Shown here: positions 10,393 to 18,938 of the stretch, one piece after another
Layout: each line of letters opens with the position of its first letter
How positions within the stretch are numbered: the first letter of the stretch is position 1
DNA from: Escherichia coli
Lineage (GTDB): Bacteria > Pseudomonadota > Gammaproteobacteria > Enterobacterales > Enterobacteriaceae
Assembly (NCBI RefSeq): GCF_045689345.1
Contig: NZ_CP137162.1
DNA length: 32,000 bases
Direction: 5' to 3' (one strand)
Position numbers and translations under genes: made by a program
Notes under the pieces: model-generated
The model's database searches: none
Told to the model about the DNA's origin: nothing
What the model saw: only the letters and a program-made list of their open reading frames with translations

Positions 10393-10573
10393 TCTCTGAC
10401 GTTTTCCGGGTGGCGCTGGTCGCCCGGATTACAGCTCATAGGGTGTGACGACACTATCTCTCGTATTCCGCGTTACCACCTCAAGCTATGCCGCCAGTGC
10501 CGGTTTGGCCTCAATTTACCCACCACCACATCAATAAGGTTATGGGCATGAGACTGATGACAAGCGTAAGATT

Positions 10574-10672
10574 GCCTGATGCGCTGCGCTTATCAGGCCT
10601 ACCAATAAACTGCAATACATTGAATTTATACGACTTTGTAGGCCGGATAAGGCGTTCACGCCGCATCCGGCA
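10574..10672. repeat. BIME made of two inverted REP elements
   Basis: GCCTGATGCGCTGCGCTTATCAGGCCTAC (10574-10602) and GTAGGCCGGATAAGGCGTTCACGCCGCATCCGGCA (10638-10672) are classical E. coli REP sequences in opposite orientation. They sit between the convergent fdhE and yiiF genes. Confidence 0.8.
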
Positions 10673-10721
10673 TGAACAACGCGCACGTTGTCAGCAATCT
10701 GATTGACATCATTTTTTCCCA

Positions 10722-10940
10722 TTACCATTCCTCGCGCAGCTTACGCTGATATTCGACACCATCTTCCTCACACCCTTGCCAGATGCCAGGAACACTGGTT
10801 CTTGCTGTTTGCGATTGATTTATCAGGTATTGATCTACCGCTTCCCTTAATAGGTCCGCACGAGGAAGATTACGCTGCACCTCGAGATCATCAAGTTGCT
10901 TAATCACCTCATTCGATAAATCGAGTAAAATTCTGCCCAT
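10722..10940 (-). CDS. yiiF: YiiF, ribbon-helix-helix (CopG/MetJ-Arc type) DNA-binding protein
   Basis: The ORF-track ORF is 80 aa (start at 10964). The internal ATG at 10940 gives 72 aa ([18 protein letters not shown]...), the length I recall for YiiF. The RHH signature is a beta-strand (ILLDL) followed by two helices ([10 protein letters not shown]). The start choice is uncertain because both SDs are weak. Confidence 0.8.
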
Positions 10941-11055
10941 ATCTATACCTGCCAGAGAGTTCATAAATATCTCGCCAATATCATTTTTGAATCTATGGAG
11001 AGAAAAGTACCCTTGCCGAATCTTTAAAGAAAGCTCATTTACGCATCATTTTTTA

Positions 11056-11098
11056 TTTTTGCGAGGCGTTTTCCAGATATGATGTAACAGTTGCAGTT
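11056..11098 (-). promoter_or_regulatory. Conserved upstream block, copy A (upstream of yiiF)
   Basis: TTTTTGCGAGGCGTTTTCCAGA (11056-11077), then a 12-nt gap, then GTTGCAGTT (11090-11098). It is identical in sequence and spacing to copy B upstream of yiiE. Confidence 0.4.
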
Positions 11099-11181
11099 AT
11101 TATAAGTTCAAGTAAAACAGCCTTGTATTAATACCAGAATAAGGGCATCTGTTTTTTATATTCAAGAATGAAAAATTTTTG

Positions 11182-11400
11182 TCATTCCTTATGCTCCTTA
11201 CACTGATCATCAACACCAACTACCTCCCCCTTTTGCCTGCCTCCCTTTGCTTTACGCACCGGGAATTGCTGACGTTCCAGATATTGCTCTACCGCTTCGC
11301 GTAAAATTGCAGATCGTGAAACCTTACGCCAGCCCCGAAGCTTGTTCAGCCGTTTAATTGCCTCTTCTGATAAATGAAGAAAAACCGTATTCATCGCCAT
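11182..11400 (-). CDS. yiiE: YiiE, ribbon-helix-helix (CopG type) DNA-binding protein, paralogue of YiiF
   Basis: The ORF-track ORF is 81 aa (start at 11427). The ATG at 11400 is preceded by AAGGTGG at about 6-nt spacing and gives 72 aa (MAMNTVFLHLSEEAIKRLNKL...). The RHH core ILREAVEQYL aligns with Yii[11 protein letters not shown]. Confidence 0.8.
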   Translation of the reverse strand: MAMNTVFLHLSEEAIKRLNKLRGWRKVSRSAILREAVEQYLERQQFPVRKAKGGRQKGEVVGVDDQCKEHKE

Positions 11401-11493
11401 TACCACCACCTTACCTATATTACTCATTAATGTATGTGCGAAAATTACGCCGGAAAATCATTTAAAAAAAGCGGATTTTTGCATGTTGTTTTG

Positions 11494-11536
11494 TTTTTGC
11501 GAGGCGTTTTCCAGAAATAATAAGAGTGTTGCAGTT
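11494..11536 (-). promoter_or_regulatory. Conserved upstream block, copy B (upstream of yiiE)
   Basis: TTTTTGCGAGGCGTTTTCCAGA (11494-11515), then a 12-nt gap, then GTTGCAGTT (11528-11536). The 22-mer is identical to copy A, which lies 438 bp away. Confidence 0.4.
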
Positions 11537-11734
11537 GTTTCATTTATTACTCAAAAATGGTTTAGTTATCGCCCAGGATGAATTATGGGTGCTATGAATA
11601 TATTATATTCAGAGATATTTATTTGCATAATCTGAATGGTGTAGCCGAAAAACGTCAGCATCCTAACAGCACCAGGATTTAAGGTGAAATTAATCTTTCA
11701 TCACAGACCGGTCAGTACTGCCACCAACCGGTCT

Positions 11735-11842
11735 TTACTTGCTCATCGTTATAATTTTGTTGGTAACAGTTCGGGAAAGTTGTTTTTCTAAATTAACAAC
11801 AGAATAACTTTCTTGTTTAATGAGATTAATATTGGCAACCAT
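11735..11842 (-). CDS. Candidate 35-codon small ORF (MVANINLIKQESYSVVNLEKQLSRTVTNKIITMSK)
   Basis: It is below the ORF-track size cutoff. ATG at 11840-11842 is preceded by GGAAGGAGG (11848-11856) with a 5-nt spacer, and TAA lies at 11735-11737. An abutting hairpin pairs AGACCGGT (11705-11712) with ACCGGTCT (11727-11734). Alternative reading: the same DNA contains a perfect TATAAT (11841-11846, minus strand), so it could instead be a promoter. No homology is recognised. Confidence 0.3.
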   Translation of the reverse strand: MVANINLIKQESYSVVNLEKQLSRTVTNKIITMSK

Positions 11843-12256
11843 TATAGCCTCCTTCCCACGGTTTAAGAGCAAACATACAACATAATTATTCATAACATAC
11901 AGAGCAGTAAATGAATGATACTGACAATGATGCTAGTCCATTATCTTTGCATAATATTTGTTAGCTATAGATTTTAAAAATATTTATGAGAAAAGTATGG
12001 CACCAGAGGGGGTTTTGACTATCAAAAATCGCTCAAACCTGAACTAAGATGATGAGTTAAGCATTATCTGCGATAATTGCCACTCAGCTCTACAAATAAT
12101 ATTTAAATGCTCCTGAACAGTGATGTAGCAAGACACGTATGGAGCCAACGAAGAATAAAAATTTATAGAGTTCTTATTCAATATAACCGGAATAGTCAGG
12201 GGCTGATGTAAATGACCGGAATGAGTAAGAGAGGCAGCACCGCCCCTCTCCATCAG

Positions 12257-13246
12257 CTACTCTTCTTCGTTCCCGCCCTCTTCATACGGGCCAAATGGCT
12301 TCGCGGGCAGAACGATATACGTGCCTTCAAACACTGCACCCGGCGTCTCGTCGCCAAAGATTTCAACTTGCATCTGCACCCGTGCTTTTCGTCCGCGCGC
12401 CAGACGGTCGAGATCGCCGCTTAAGGCACCAAGGTCGGCTACCGCATGAGGTTTACCGCTAATCGGCTTGCTGTAGCGGATATGCGCATCCGCCAGAATA
12501 ATCGTTCCGCCGAGATGGCGTTCGCGCAGCATCAGCCAGATAAGCCCCCAACCGGTGAGCGTCGCCAGCGAGAATAAACTCCCGGCAAACAGCGTATGGT
12601 GCGGATTCTGATTGCCGGTTTCCGGCATGGTGGTGATAAATTTTTGCCCGGTATATTGTTGAATACGCACGCCCATTTTTTCACTAAGCGGGATATGTTC
12701 GTACCACGCCTGTTGCAGCTGCGCGCACCAGTCGCCGCGATGCAAAATATCATCCAGAGTGGCGACGGGCTTAATCATCAAAAAATGGCGAATCGGCGTG
12801 GTGGTTGGCGTGGTGATTTCTCCCTGATTAACAAACCCCAGCTTGGCGAAAAACTCCACCGCGTCTTCACGGGCGCTACAGGTCACGCGCTTAACGCCTT
12901 CCTGACGCGCCACCGACTCCAGGGTCATCGCCATCAGCGTTCCTAACCCTTTGTCCTGCACGTCCGGGTGAACGGCCATAAAGCGAATGGACGCTTCATT
13001 GTCGGCATTAATATACAGTCGGCCTACCGCCACCAGATTACCCTGCTCGTCGACGACCATCTGGTGATGCGCCATCGCATCCCACGCGTCGCGTTCCGAA
13101 CCTTTTGGTTGATGCAGGGGCTTACGCAACATTTCCCAGCGAAACTGATAGTAACGCTCTAATTCTTCTTCTGTTTGTGGAACCCGAAGGTGATACATAG
13201 CGATACTCTCTCTTGTTTCCCGTGACAACCCTGGAAGCTGGCTCAT
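12257..13246 (-). CDS. yiiD: YiiD (FabY), GNAT acyltransferase domain fused to a hotdog/thioesterase-like domain
   Basis: 329 aa, which equals the YiiD length. The N-terminal half is GNAT-like ([22 protein letters not shown]...FFAKLGF) and the C-terminal half is YiiD_C/hotdog-like. Its start overlaps the dtd stop (ATGA). Confidence 0.9.
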
Positions 13247-13680
13247 ACCTGCAACCAGAATGTCACGGGGCCATCATTGACCAGCGATACCTGCATATCG
13301 GCAGCGAAGCGTCCTGTTTGCGTGTTCATCTCTTGCTGACGGCAGCGTTCGACGAAATAGTCATATAACGCCTCTGCGCGATCCGGTGATGCACCTTTGG
13401 AGAAACTTGGGCGCATCCCCCGTTCGGTATCTGCGGCGAGGGTAAACTGGGAAACCACCAGCACACTGCCGCCCGCCTGTTGCACGTTGAGGTTCATCTT
13501 GCCTTCGGCATCGCTAAAGATGCGGTAGCCGAGCACACGCTCGCACAGACGGTTTGCTTTCTGTTCGTCGTCATCCTTTTCGACACCCAATAACACCAAA
13601 AGTCCCGCGCCAATTTCGCCCGTCACTTCTCCCTCCACGGTGACGCTGGCACGGGTTACGCGTTGAATTAATGCAATCAT
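13243..13680 (-). CDS. dtd: D-aminoacyl-tRNA deacylase
   Basis: 145 aa beginning [17 protein letters not shown] and ending ...[11 protein letters not shown]. This is the canonical Dtd sequence and length. Its start overlaps the yihY stop (ATGA). Confidence 0.95.
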
Positions 13681-14549
13681 GGTTCGTCGTCTTCTTCTTG
13701 TTCAGCTGCTTGTTTTAGTTTGCGGTATTCCCCGAGAGTGACAGTAATTTCCGCGCCAAGCAAGACGATACACCATGTCCAGTAGACCCAAACAAAGAGA
13801 ATGGGGATCACCGCCAACACGCCGTAAATGAGCTGATATGACGGAAACATGGTGATATAAAGCGCGAAACCTTTCTTTCCTGCTTCGAACAGGAGCGCGG
13901 CGACAAACGCGCCGACAATCGCGTCGCGGTTAGGTACGCGGATGGTAGGAACAATGCTGTACAGCAACCAGAAGGAGATCCACGACAACAGCAGCGGAAA
14001 AATACGCAGCACGTTATCGATGACAGTATTGAGATCGCTCGCCCAGCGCAGGGAGAGCAAATAGGAACTGATCGCCAGACTGGCCCCTGCCAGCAGCGGC
14101 CCCAGCGTTAAAATCATCCAGTACACGGCGAACGAGTAAATTTTTGGTCGCGCTCGTTTACTGCGCCAGATGGTATTCAACGCGCTATCGATGGAGTACA
14201 TCAGCAATAACGCGGTGACGATCAGCCCGCACGCCCCAACGGCGGTCATCTTGTTGGAATTGGCAACAAATTGTTCGATATACCGCTGAATAACATCGCC
14301 AGTAGCAGGAAGAAAGTTGGCAAAAATAAAGTGACGTAACTGAATGCTGACGTCGGAAAACATGGGAAAAGCGGCGAAAAGCGCAAAAACAACGGCAACC
14401 AGCGGCACTAATGAGAGCAACGACACATAGGCAAGGTTACCTGCCAGGGTTGTCATGTTGTCCTCATCAATGCGTTGCCAGAGTAGTTTTAGCCAGGCCC
14501 ATAGTGGACGGGTACGGTGCCTGGCTTTGTCCTGAATGGTTTTTAGCAT
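13677..14549 (-). CDS. yihY: YihY, polytopic inner-membrane protein (YihY/BrkB family; historically mis-assigned as RNase BN)
   Basis: 290 aa with multiple hydrophobic helices and an acidic C-terminal tail (EQEEDDEP). Its start lies 7 nt inside the 3' end of yihX. Confidence 0.9.
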
Positions 14550-15142
14550 AACACCTTCGCGAAATAGTCCGGGATGGTGGTTTTATCTTTCACCAGAATA
14601 CTGGTAATGCCCAGCTGATTGGCTCCTTCTATATTATCGGCGTTATCGTCGAAAAAGACCGTATCGCTGGGTGAAAAACCTTCCGCCTGCAAAACATGCT
14701 GGTAAATTCGTGCTTCAGGTTTGCGCATCCCCAGATCTTGCGACAGATAGATATGGTCAGCAGCATCACGAATTTCCGGGTATTCTTCCGGCCAGAAGGT
14801 GGTATGCAGGCGGTTGGTATTGGAAAGCACCACCACGCGATGCCCCTGCTCACGCAGTTTATGCATGATGGCGATCACTTCCGGGCGCAGCGCAACAAAC
14901 ACCGCCTGCCAGCCGTGAGAGAACTGCTCGTAGCTTAGCGGTAGAGCCATCTCATGACACAGCGCCTCTGCGAACGCTTCGTCGCTAATTTCCCCACGCT
15001 CATGCTGATGAAACGCCTCCCCCATATGAAAACTCTTCTTAAGCGATGCCAGCGGAATACGCGTTAAATCGCTCCAGGCTCCCAGCACACGGTTAAAGTC
15101 GATATCGACAATCACATTACCTAAATCAAAGATATAGAGCAT
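14543..15142 (-). CDS. yihX: YihX, HAD-superfamily alpha-D-glucose-1-phosphate phosphatase
   Basis: It carries the HAD motif I variant [11 protein letters not shown] chose the ATG at 15142 (AGGAGG at 15148-15153, 5-nt spacer), giving 199 aa, over the ORF-track GTG at 15163. Confidence 0.9.
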
Positions 15143-15240
15143 TTTTGCCTCCTTTCGCGCCACAAGAAATTAACTGTAGCGGGAAAGGATGGGTTTGGCT
15201 ATGTGGCAAGGTATGAAGCCAGGTTAACGGTCACAAAAAT

Positions 15241-16026
15241 CTACGCGTCTTCCTGGGGAAGAATGATTTCAATTTGGCTGTCTTGTAAGCGTGATTTTAG
15301 CGCAGCGGGCGGCAGCTCGTCGGTAAAGAGCGCAGTGACCTGTGCCACGTTACCAATTTCAACCGCCGCCGAAGCATGATACTTAGTGTGATCGGCGACC
15401 AGCAGAATATTTCTCGCGTGCGCCATCATCGTTTTCACCACGTTAGCTTCGTTTACATCAAACTCCATCAACGCGCCATCGCTCTCAATCGCCCCAACGC
15501 TTGTTACCAGATAATCAGCACGAAAATCAGCCACAAAGGACGCCGCTGAAGGGCCAATGATCCCGCTATTATGAGAGCGCAACGTACCGCCGGGCACCAT
15601 CACTTCAAAGCGCGGGTTGTGGTAAAGAATATGCGCCACACGCAGGCTGTTGGTGATTATCCGCAAATGATTATGGTTAAGTAACGCCCGGGCAACATGC
15701 TCAACAGTCGTACCAATGGTGATAAATATTGTTGAACCATCAGGAATATAGTCTGCCACCGCTTCGGCAATCGCTTTTTTTTCCTCGGTTTGCGAAACCT
15801 CACGCTGCTCGAACGCCGTATTAACGACGCTGGAAGCCCGACCCGCGCCACCGTGATGGCGCGTAATCAGGCCTTGCTCGCTTAATTTACGAATATCCCG
15901 GCGGACCGTCTGCGTGGAGACATCCAGCAGATTTGCCAGCTCATCAATATTCATATACCCACGCTCGGCGATCAGCATGAGGAGTTGGTCGTGCCGCGGG
16001 TTACCGGTTAGTTCGGTAAGGCTCAT
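15241..16026 (-). CDS. csqR: CsqR (YihW), DeoR-family repressor of the sulfoquinovose catabolic cluster
   Basis: It has a DeoR-type HTH (NIDELANLLDVSTQTVRRDIRKL) plus a DeoR C-terminal sugar-phosphate-binding-type domain. The ATG at 16026 gives 261 aa; the ORF-track start at 16050 adds 8 aa with no SD. Confidence 0.9.
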   Translation of the reverse strand: MSLTELTGNPRHDQLLMLIAERGYMNIDELANLLDVSTQTVRRDIRKLSEQGLITRHHGGAGRASSVVNTAFEQREVSQTEEKKAIAEAVADYIPDGSTIFITIGTTVEHVARALLNHNHLRIITNSLRVAHILYHNPRFEVMVPGGTLRSHNSGIIGPSAASFVADFRADYLVTSVGAIESDGALMEFDVNEANVVKTMMAHARNILLVADHTKYHASAAVEIGNVAQVTALFTDELPPAALKSRLQDSQIEIILPQEDA

Positions 16027-16059
16027 GAAAATTCCTCGAAAAACCATCACCCTGGCATT

Positions 16060-16956
16060 TTATACAAAAAGTGACAAAAAAGATCGGGTTTGATCACAGT
16101 CAGGGATCCCGGCTCGTCCACCGGGACGTGTGCATTTTAACGCCGCTACACCGCTGGCGAAGCGGACTGACTCCGCTAAATCCCCACTTGTTGCCAGCGC
16201 CACCGCCAAAGCGCCGTGAAAAACATCACCCGCACCTGTGGTATCTACCACATCAACTTTGAAGGCCGGTTGATGCTGACGCCCACCATTTTCCAGCCAG
16301 TCGCAGCCTGCGCTACCCTGGGTCACATAGACATGACCATTTGTGAGCGTTTGTGCCTGTTTTAGCGCACTGGCCATCTCTTTCACGCCCGTTAAGCGCG
16401 CCAGACCCGGTTCTGAAAAGGCCGCGTGATCGCTTAATGCCACCAGCTCACTGATATCCTGCGGCGTAATGTCCCCGTCCAGAACGGTCATCACACCCGC
16501 CTGACGGGCCAGGGTGAAGGCTTTTTTAGCGCCGTCGTGCCAGCGTACATCTGCCAGCACAACATCCCACTGAGAGAAATCAATTTCCTCCAACCACTCT
16601 GCGTCAGGCAGCAGATCCGGGCTGGGGTAGTTAATGATTATCCGCTCGCCTTTGGTATCCACCATGATGGCGGATTGCGAAGATTTCGCCTGGTTATACC
16701 GTTTGGTGTAACGGGTGTTAACGCCCCAGGATTCCAGCTCTGCCAGCAGGCTGTTGCCCGTGTCGTCATCACCTACGCGACCAATAAAATCGACCTGCGC
16801 CCCCAGCCTTGCCGCCGCAACCGCTGCCGTCGCCGCTGGCCCGCCACCAACTTCCGTATAATTTCTCGCCACGTATTTACCGCTCTCCGTCGGTAACCCT
16901 TCCACGTAATAGATGCGATCCATCACGGTTATACCTACACAAGCAACACGAATCAT
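16060..16956 (-). CDS. yihV: YihV, 6-deoxy-6-sulfofructose kinase (PfkB/ribokinase family)
   Basis: It carries the PfkB signature DTTGAGDVFHGALA. The ATG at 16956 gives 298 aa (MIRVACVGITVMD...), with AAGGA positioned suitably upstream. Confidence 0.9.
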   Translation of the reverse strand: MIRVACVGITVMDRIYYVEGLPTESGKYVARNYTEVGGGPAATAAVAAARLGAQVDFIGRVGDDDTGNSLLAELESWGVNTRYTKRYNQAKSSQSAIMVDTKGERIIINYPSPDLLPDAEWLEEIDFSQWDVVLADVRWHDGAKKAFTLARQAGVMTVLDGDITPQDISELVALSDHAAFSEPGLARLTGVKEMASALKQAQTLTNGHVYVTQGSAGCDWLENGGRQHQPAFKVDVVDTTGAGDVFHGALAVALATSGDLAESVRFASGVAALKCTRPGGRAGIPDCDQTRSFLSLFV

Positions 16957-17009
16957 GGTCATTCCTTAAACATTTTGGGATGCGTTCATTTTAATTTCAC
17001 CAATTGTTT

Positions 17010-17100
17010 AAAAAGTGACGGCTGTCAATTTTTTGACGATAAATTACAAATACGATCAAAAACAGACAAGCAAAGCATGTCATAAATGACAAAAAGTGAC
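17010..17100. promoter_or_regulatory. Divergent yihV/yihU control region with repeated TGACA-type motifs (candidate CsqR operators)
   Basis: AAAAAGTGAC occurs at 17010-17019 and 17091-17100. TGAC-GGCT-GTCA lies at 17016-27. The inverted repeat TGTCAT-AA-ATGACA lies at 17078-17091, and a further TGAC at 17034-37. A third AAAAAGTGAC at 16066-16075 sits 40-50 nt upstream of the csqR ATG. Confidence 0.5.
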
Positions 17101-17123
17101 ATCACTGTATTCAGGAGAGGGTT

Positions 17124-18020
17124 ATGGCAGCAATCGCGTTTATCGGTTTAGGACAAATGGGTTCGCCAATGGCGAGCAATTTATTGCAGCAAGGGCATCA
17201 ACTTCGCGTCTTTGATGTGAACGCCGAAGCTGTGCGGCATCTGGTAGACAAAGGTGCGACTCCCGCCGCCAACCCGGCGCAGGCCGCTAAAGATGCCGAA
17301 TTTATCATTACCATGTTGCCGAATGGCGATCTGGTGCGCAACGTGTTGTTCGGTGAAAACGGCGTTTGCGAAGGCTTATCTACCGATGCGCTGGTCATTG
17401 ATATGTCCACCATCCATCCGCTGCAAACCGATAAATTGATTGCCGATATGCAAGCCAAAGGCTTCAGCATGATGGATGTTCCGGTAGGCCGTACTTCTGC
17501 AAATGCCATTACCGGTACTCTGTTACTGCTGGCTGGCGGCACCGCTGAACAAGTTGAACGTGCCACACCGATCCTGATGGCGATGGGCAGTGAGTTGATC
17601 AACTCTGGCGGTCCGGGCATGGGGATCCGCGTTAAGCTCATCAACAACTACATGAGCATCGCGCTCAATGCGCTTTCGGCAGAAGCCGCCGTTTTGTGCG
17701 AAGCCCTGAATCTTCCCTTCGATGTTGCCGTCAAAGTGATGAGCGGTACCGCCGCCGGTAAAGGTCACTTCACCACTTCCTGGCCAAACAAAGTCCTCAG
17801 CGGAGATCTTTCTCCCGCCTTCATGATCGATCTTGCCCATAAGGATCTTGGCATCGCCCTTGATGTCGCCAACCAGCTGCATGTGCCAATGCCGCTGGGG
17901 GCCGCCTCACGGGAGGTTTATAGCCAGGCGCGCGCAGCGGGTCGCGGTCGCCAGGACTGGTCCGCCATTCTGGAACAGGTCCGTGTCAGTGCCGGGATGA
18001 CTGCCAAAGTAAAAATGTAA
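17124..18020 (+). CDS. yihU: YihU, 3-sulfolactaldehyde reductase (beta-hydroxyacid dehydrogenase family)
   Basis: 298 aa with an N-terminal Rossmann motif ([14 protein letters not shown]). The SD AGGAGAGGG lies upstream. Confidence 0.95.
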   Translation: MAAIAFIGLGQMGSPMASNLLQQGHQLRVFDVNAEAVRHLVDKGATPAANPAQAAKDAEFIITMLPNGDLVRNVLFGENGVCEGLSTDALVIDMSTIHPLQTDKLIADMQAKGFSMMDVPVGRTSANAITGTLLLLAGGTAEQVERATPILMAMGSELINSGGPGMGIRVKLINNYMSIALNALSAEAAVLCEALNLPFDVAVKVMSGTAAGKGHFTTSWPNKVLSGDLSPAFMIDLAHKDLGIALDVANQLHVPMPLGAASREVYSQARAAGRGRQDWSAILEQVRVSAGMTAKVKM

Positions 18021-18043
18021 CGACTGGATAAAGGAATAAATGA

Positions 18044-18922
18044 ATGAATAAGTACACCATCAACGACATTACGCGCGCATCGGGCGGTTTTGCCATGCTG
18101 GCGGTCGATCAGCGCGAAGCCATGCGCATGATGTTTGCCGCGGCTGGGGCACCCGCTCCGGTAGCCGATAGCGTTTTAACTGATTTCAAAGTTAACGCTG
18201 CAAAGGCCCTCTCGCCTTATGCCTCGGCGATTCTGGTAGATCAACAATTCTGCTACCGCCAGGTGGTTGAGCAAAACGCGATTGCCAAAAGTTGCGCCAT
18301 GATTGTCGCCGCCGATGAGTTCATTCCTGGCAACGGTATTCCGGTCGATAGCGTGGTTATTGACCGCAAAATCAATCCGCTACAGATCAAACAAGACGGT
18401 GGCAAAGCCTTAAAACTGCTGGTGCTGTGGCGTAGTGATGAAGATGCGCAGCAACGTCTGGATATGGTGAAAGAGTTCAACGAACTGTGCCACTCACACG
18501 GTCTGGTAAGCATCATTGAGCCAGTCGTCCGCCCACCGCGTCGTGGCGATAAATTCGATCGCGAACAAGCGATCATCGATGCCGCCAAAGAGCTGGGCGA
18601 CAGTGGCGCTGACCTCTACAAAGTTGAAATGCCGCTTTATGGCAAAGGTCCGCAACAAGAGCTTCTCTGTGCTTCACAACGTCTGAATGACCATATCAAT
18701 ATGCCATGGGTGATCCTCTCTTCCGGTGTCGACGAAAAACTGTTCCCGCGTGCCGTACGCGTGGCAATGACGGCGGGCGCATCGGGATTCCTGGCAGGCC
18801 GTGCAGTCTGGGCATCGGTCGTCGGTTTACCAGACAACGAGCTGATGCTGCGTGACGTTTGCGCACCGAAATTACAACAACTTGGCGATATCGTCGACGA
18901 AATGATGGCTAAACGCCGCTAA
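18044..18922 (+). CDS. yihT: YihT, 6-deoxy-6-sulfofructose-1-phosphate aldolase (class I, LacD/DeoC-like)
   Basis: 292 aa, which equals the YihT length. The sequence is recognised and it occupies the conserved position between yihU and yihS. Confidence 0.95.
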   Translation: MNKYTINDITRASGGFAMLAVDQREAMRMMFAAAGAPAPVADSVLTDFKVNAAKALSPYASAILVDQQFCYRQVVEQNAIAKSCAMIVAADEFIPGNGIPVDSVVIDRKINPLQIKQDGGKALKLLVLWRSDEDAQQRLDMVKEFNELCHSHGLVSIIEPVVRPPRRGDKFDREQAIIDAAKELGDSGADLYKVEMPLYGKGPQQELLCASQRLNDHINMPWVILSSGVDEKLFPRAVRVAMTAGASGFLAGRAVWASVVGLPDNELMLRDVCAPKLQQLGDIVDEMMAKRR

Positions 18923-18938
18923 GATGAGGATAAAAGGA

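Noticed and set aside
10405-10428. The hairpin TCCGGGTGGCG...CGCCCGGA just after fdhE, considered as its terminator.
   Set aside because: The stem is imperfect (G-U pairs and a bulge) and no U-tract follows. The downstream BIME may serve instead, so it was not listed as a feature.
10488-10728. Two ORFs of 72 aa (+) and 62 aa (-) between fdhE and yiiF.
   Set aside because: Both are built largely from REP/BIME sequence (10574-10672). REP palindromes routinely generate spurious ORFs on both strands.
11585-11635. A 16-codon hydrophobic ORF (MGAMNILYSEIFICII) on the + strand of the A/T-rich gap, considered as a type I toxin candidate.
   Set aside because: It is too short, I could not see a convincing antisense RNA or promoter architecture, and the AGGA spacing is marginal. 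This is low-confidence noise.
12044-12253. A 69-aa minus-strand ORF starting 3 nt after the yiiD stop (TAGCTGATG), which could be a coupled downstream gene.
   Set aside because: The sequence (MERGGAASLTHSGHLHQPL...NSSS) shows no protein-like pattern. It runs through a GC hairpin (12229-12250) into A/T-rich DNA, where long ORFs arise easily. I recall nothing annotated here. It is not fully excluded; ribosome profiling would settle it.
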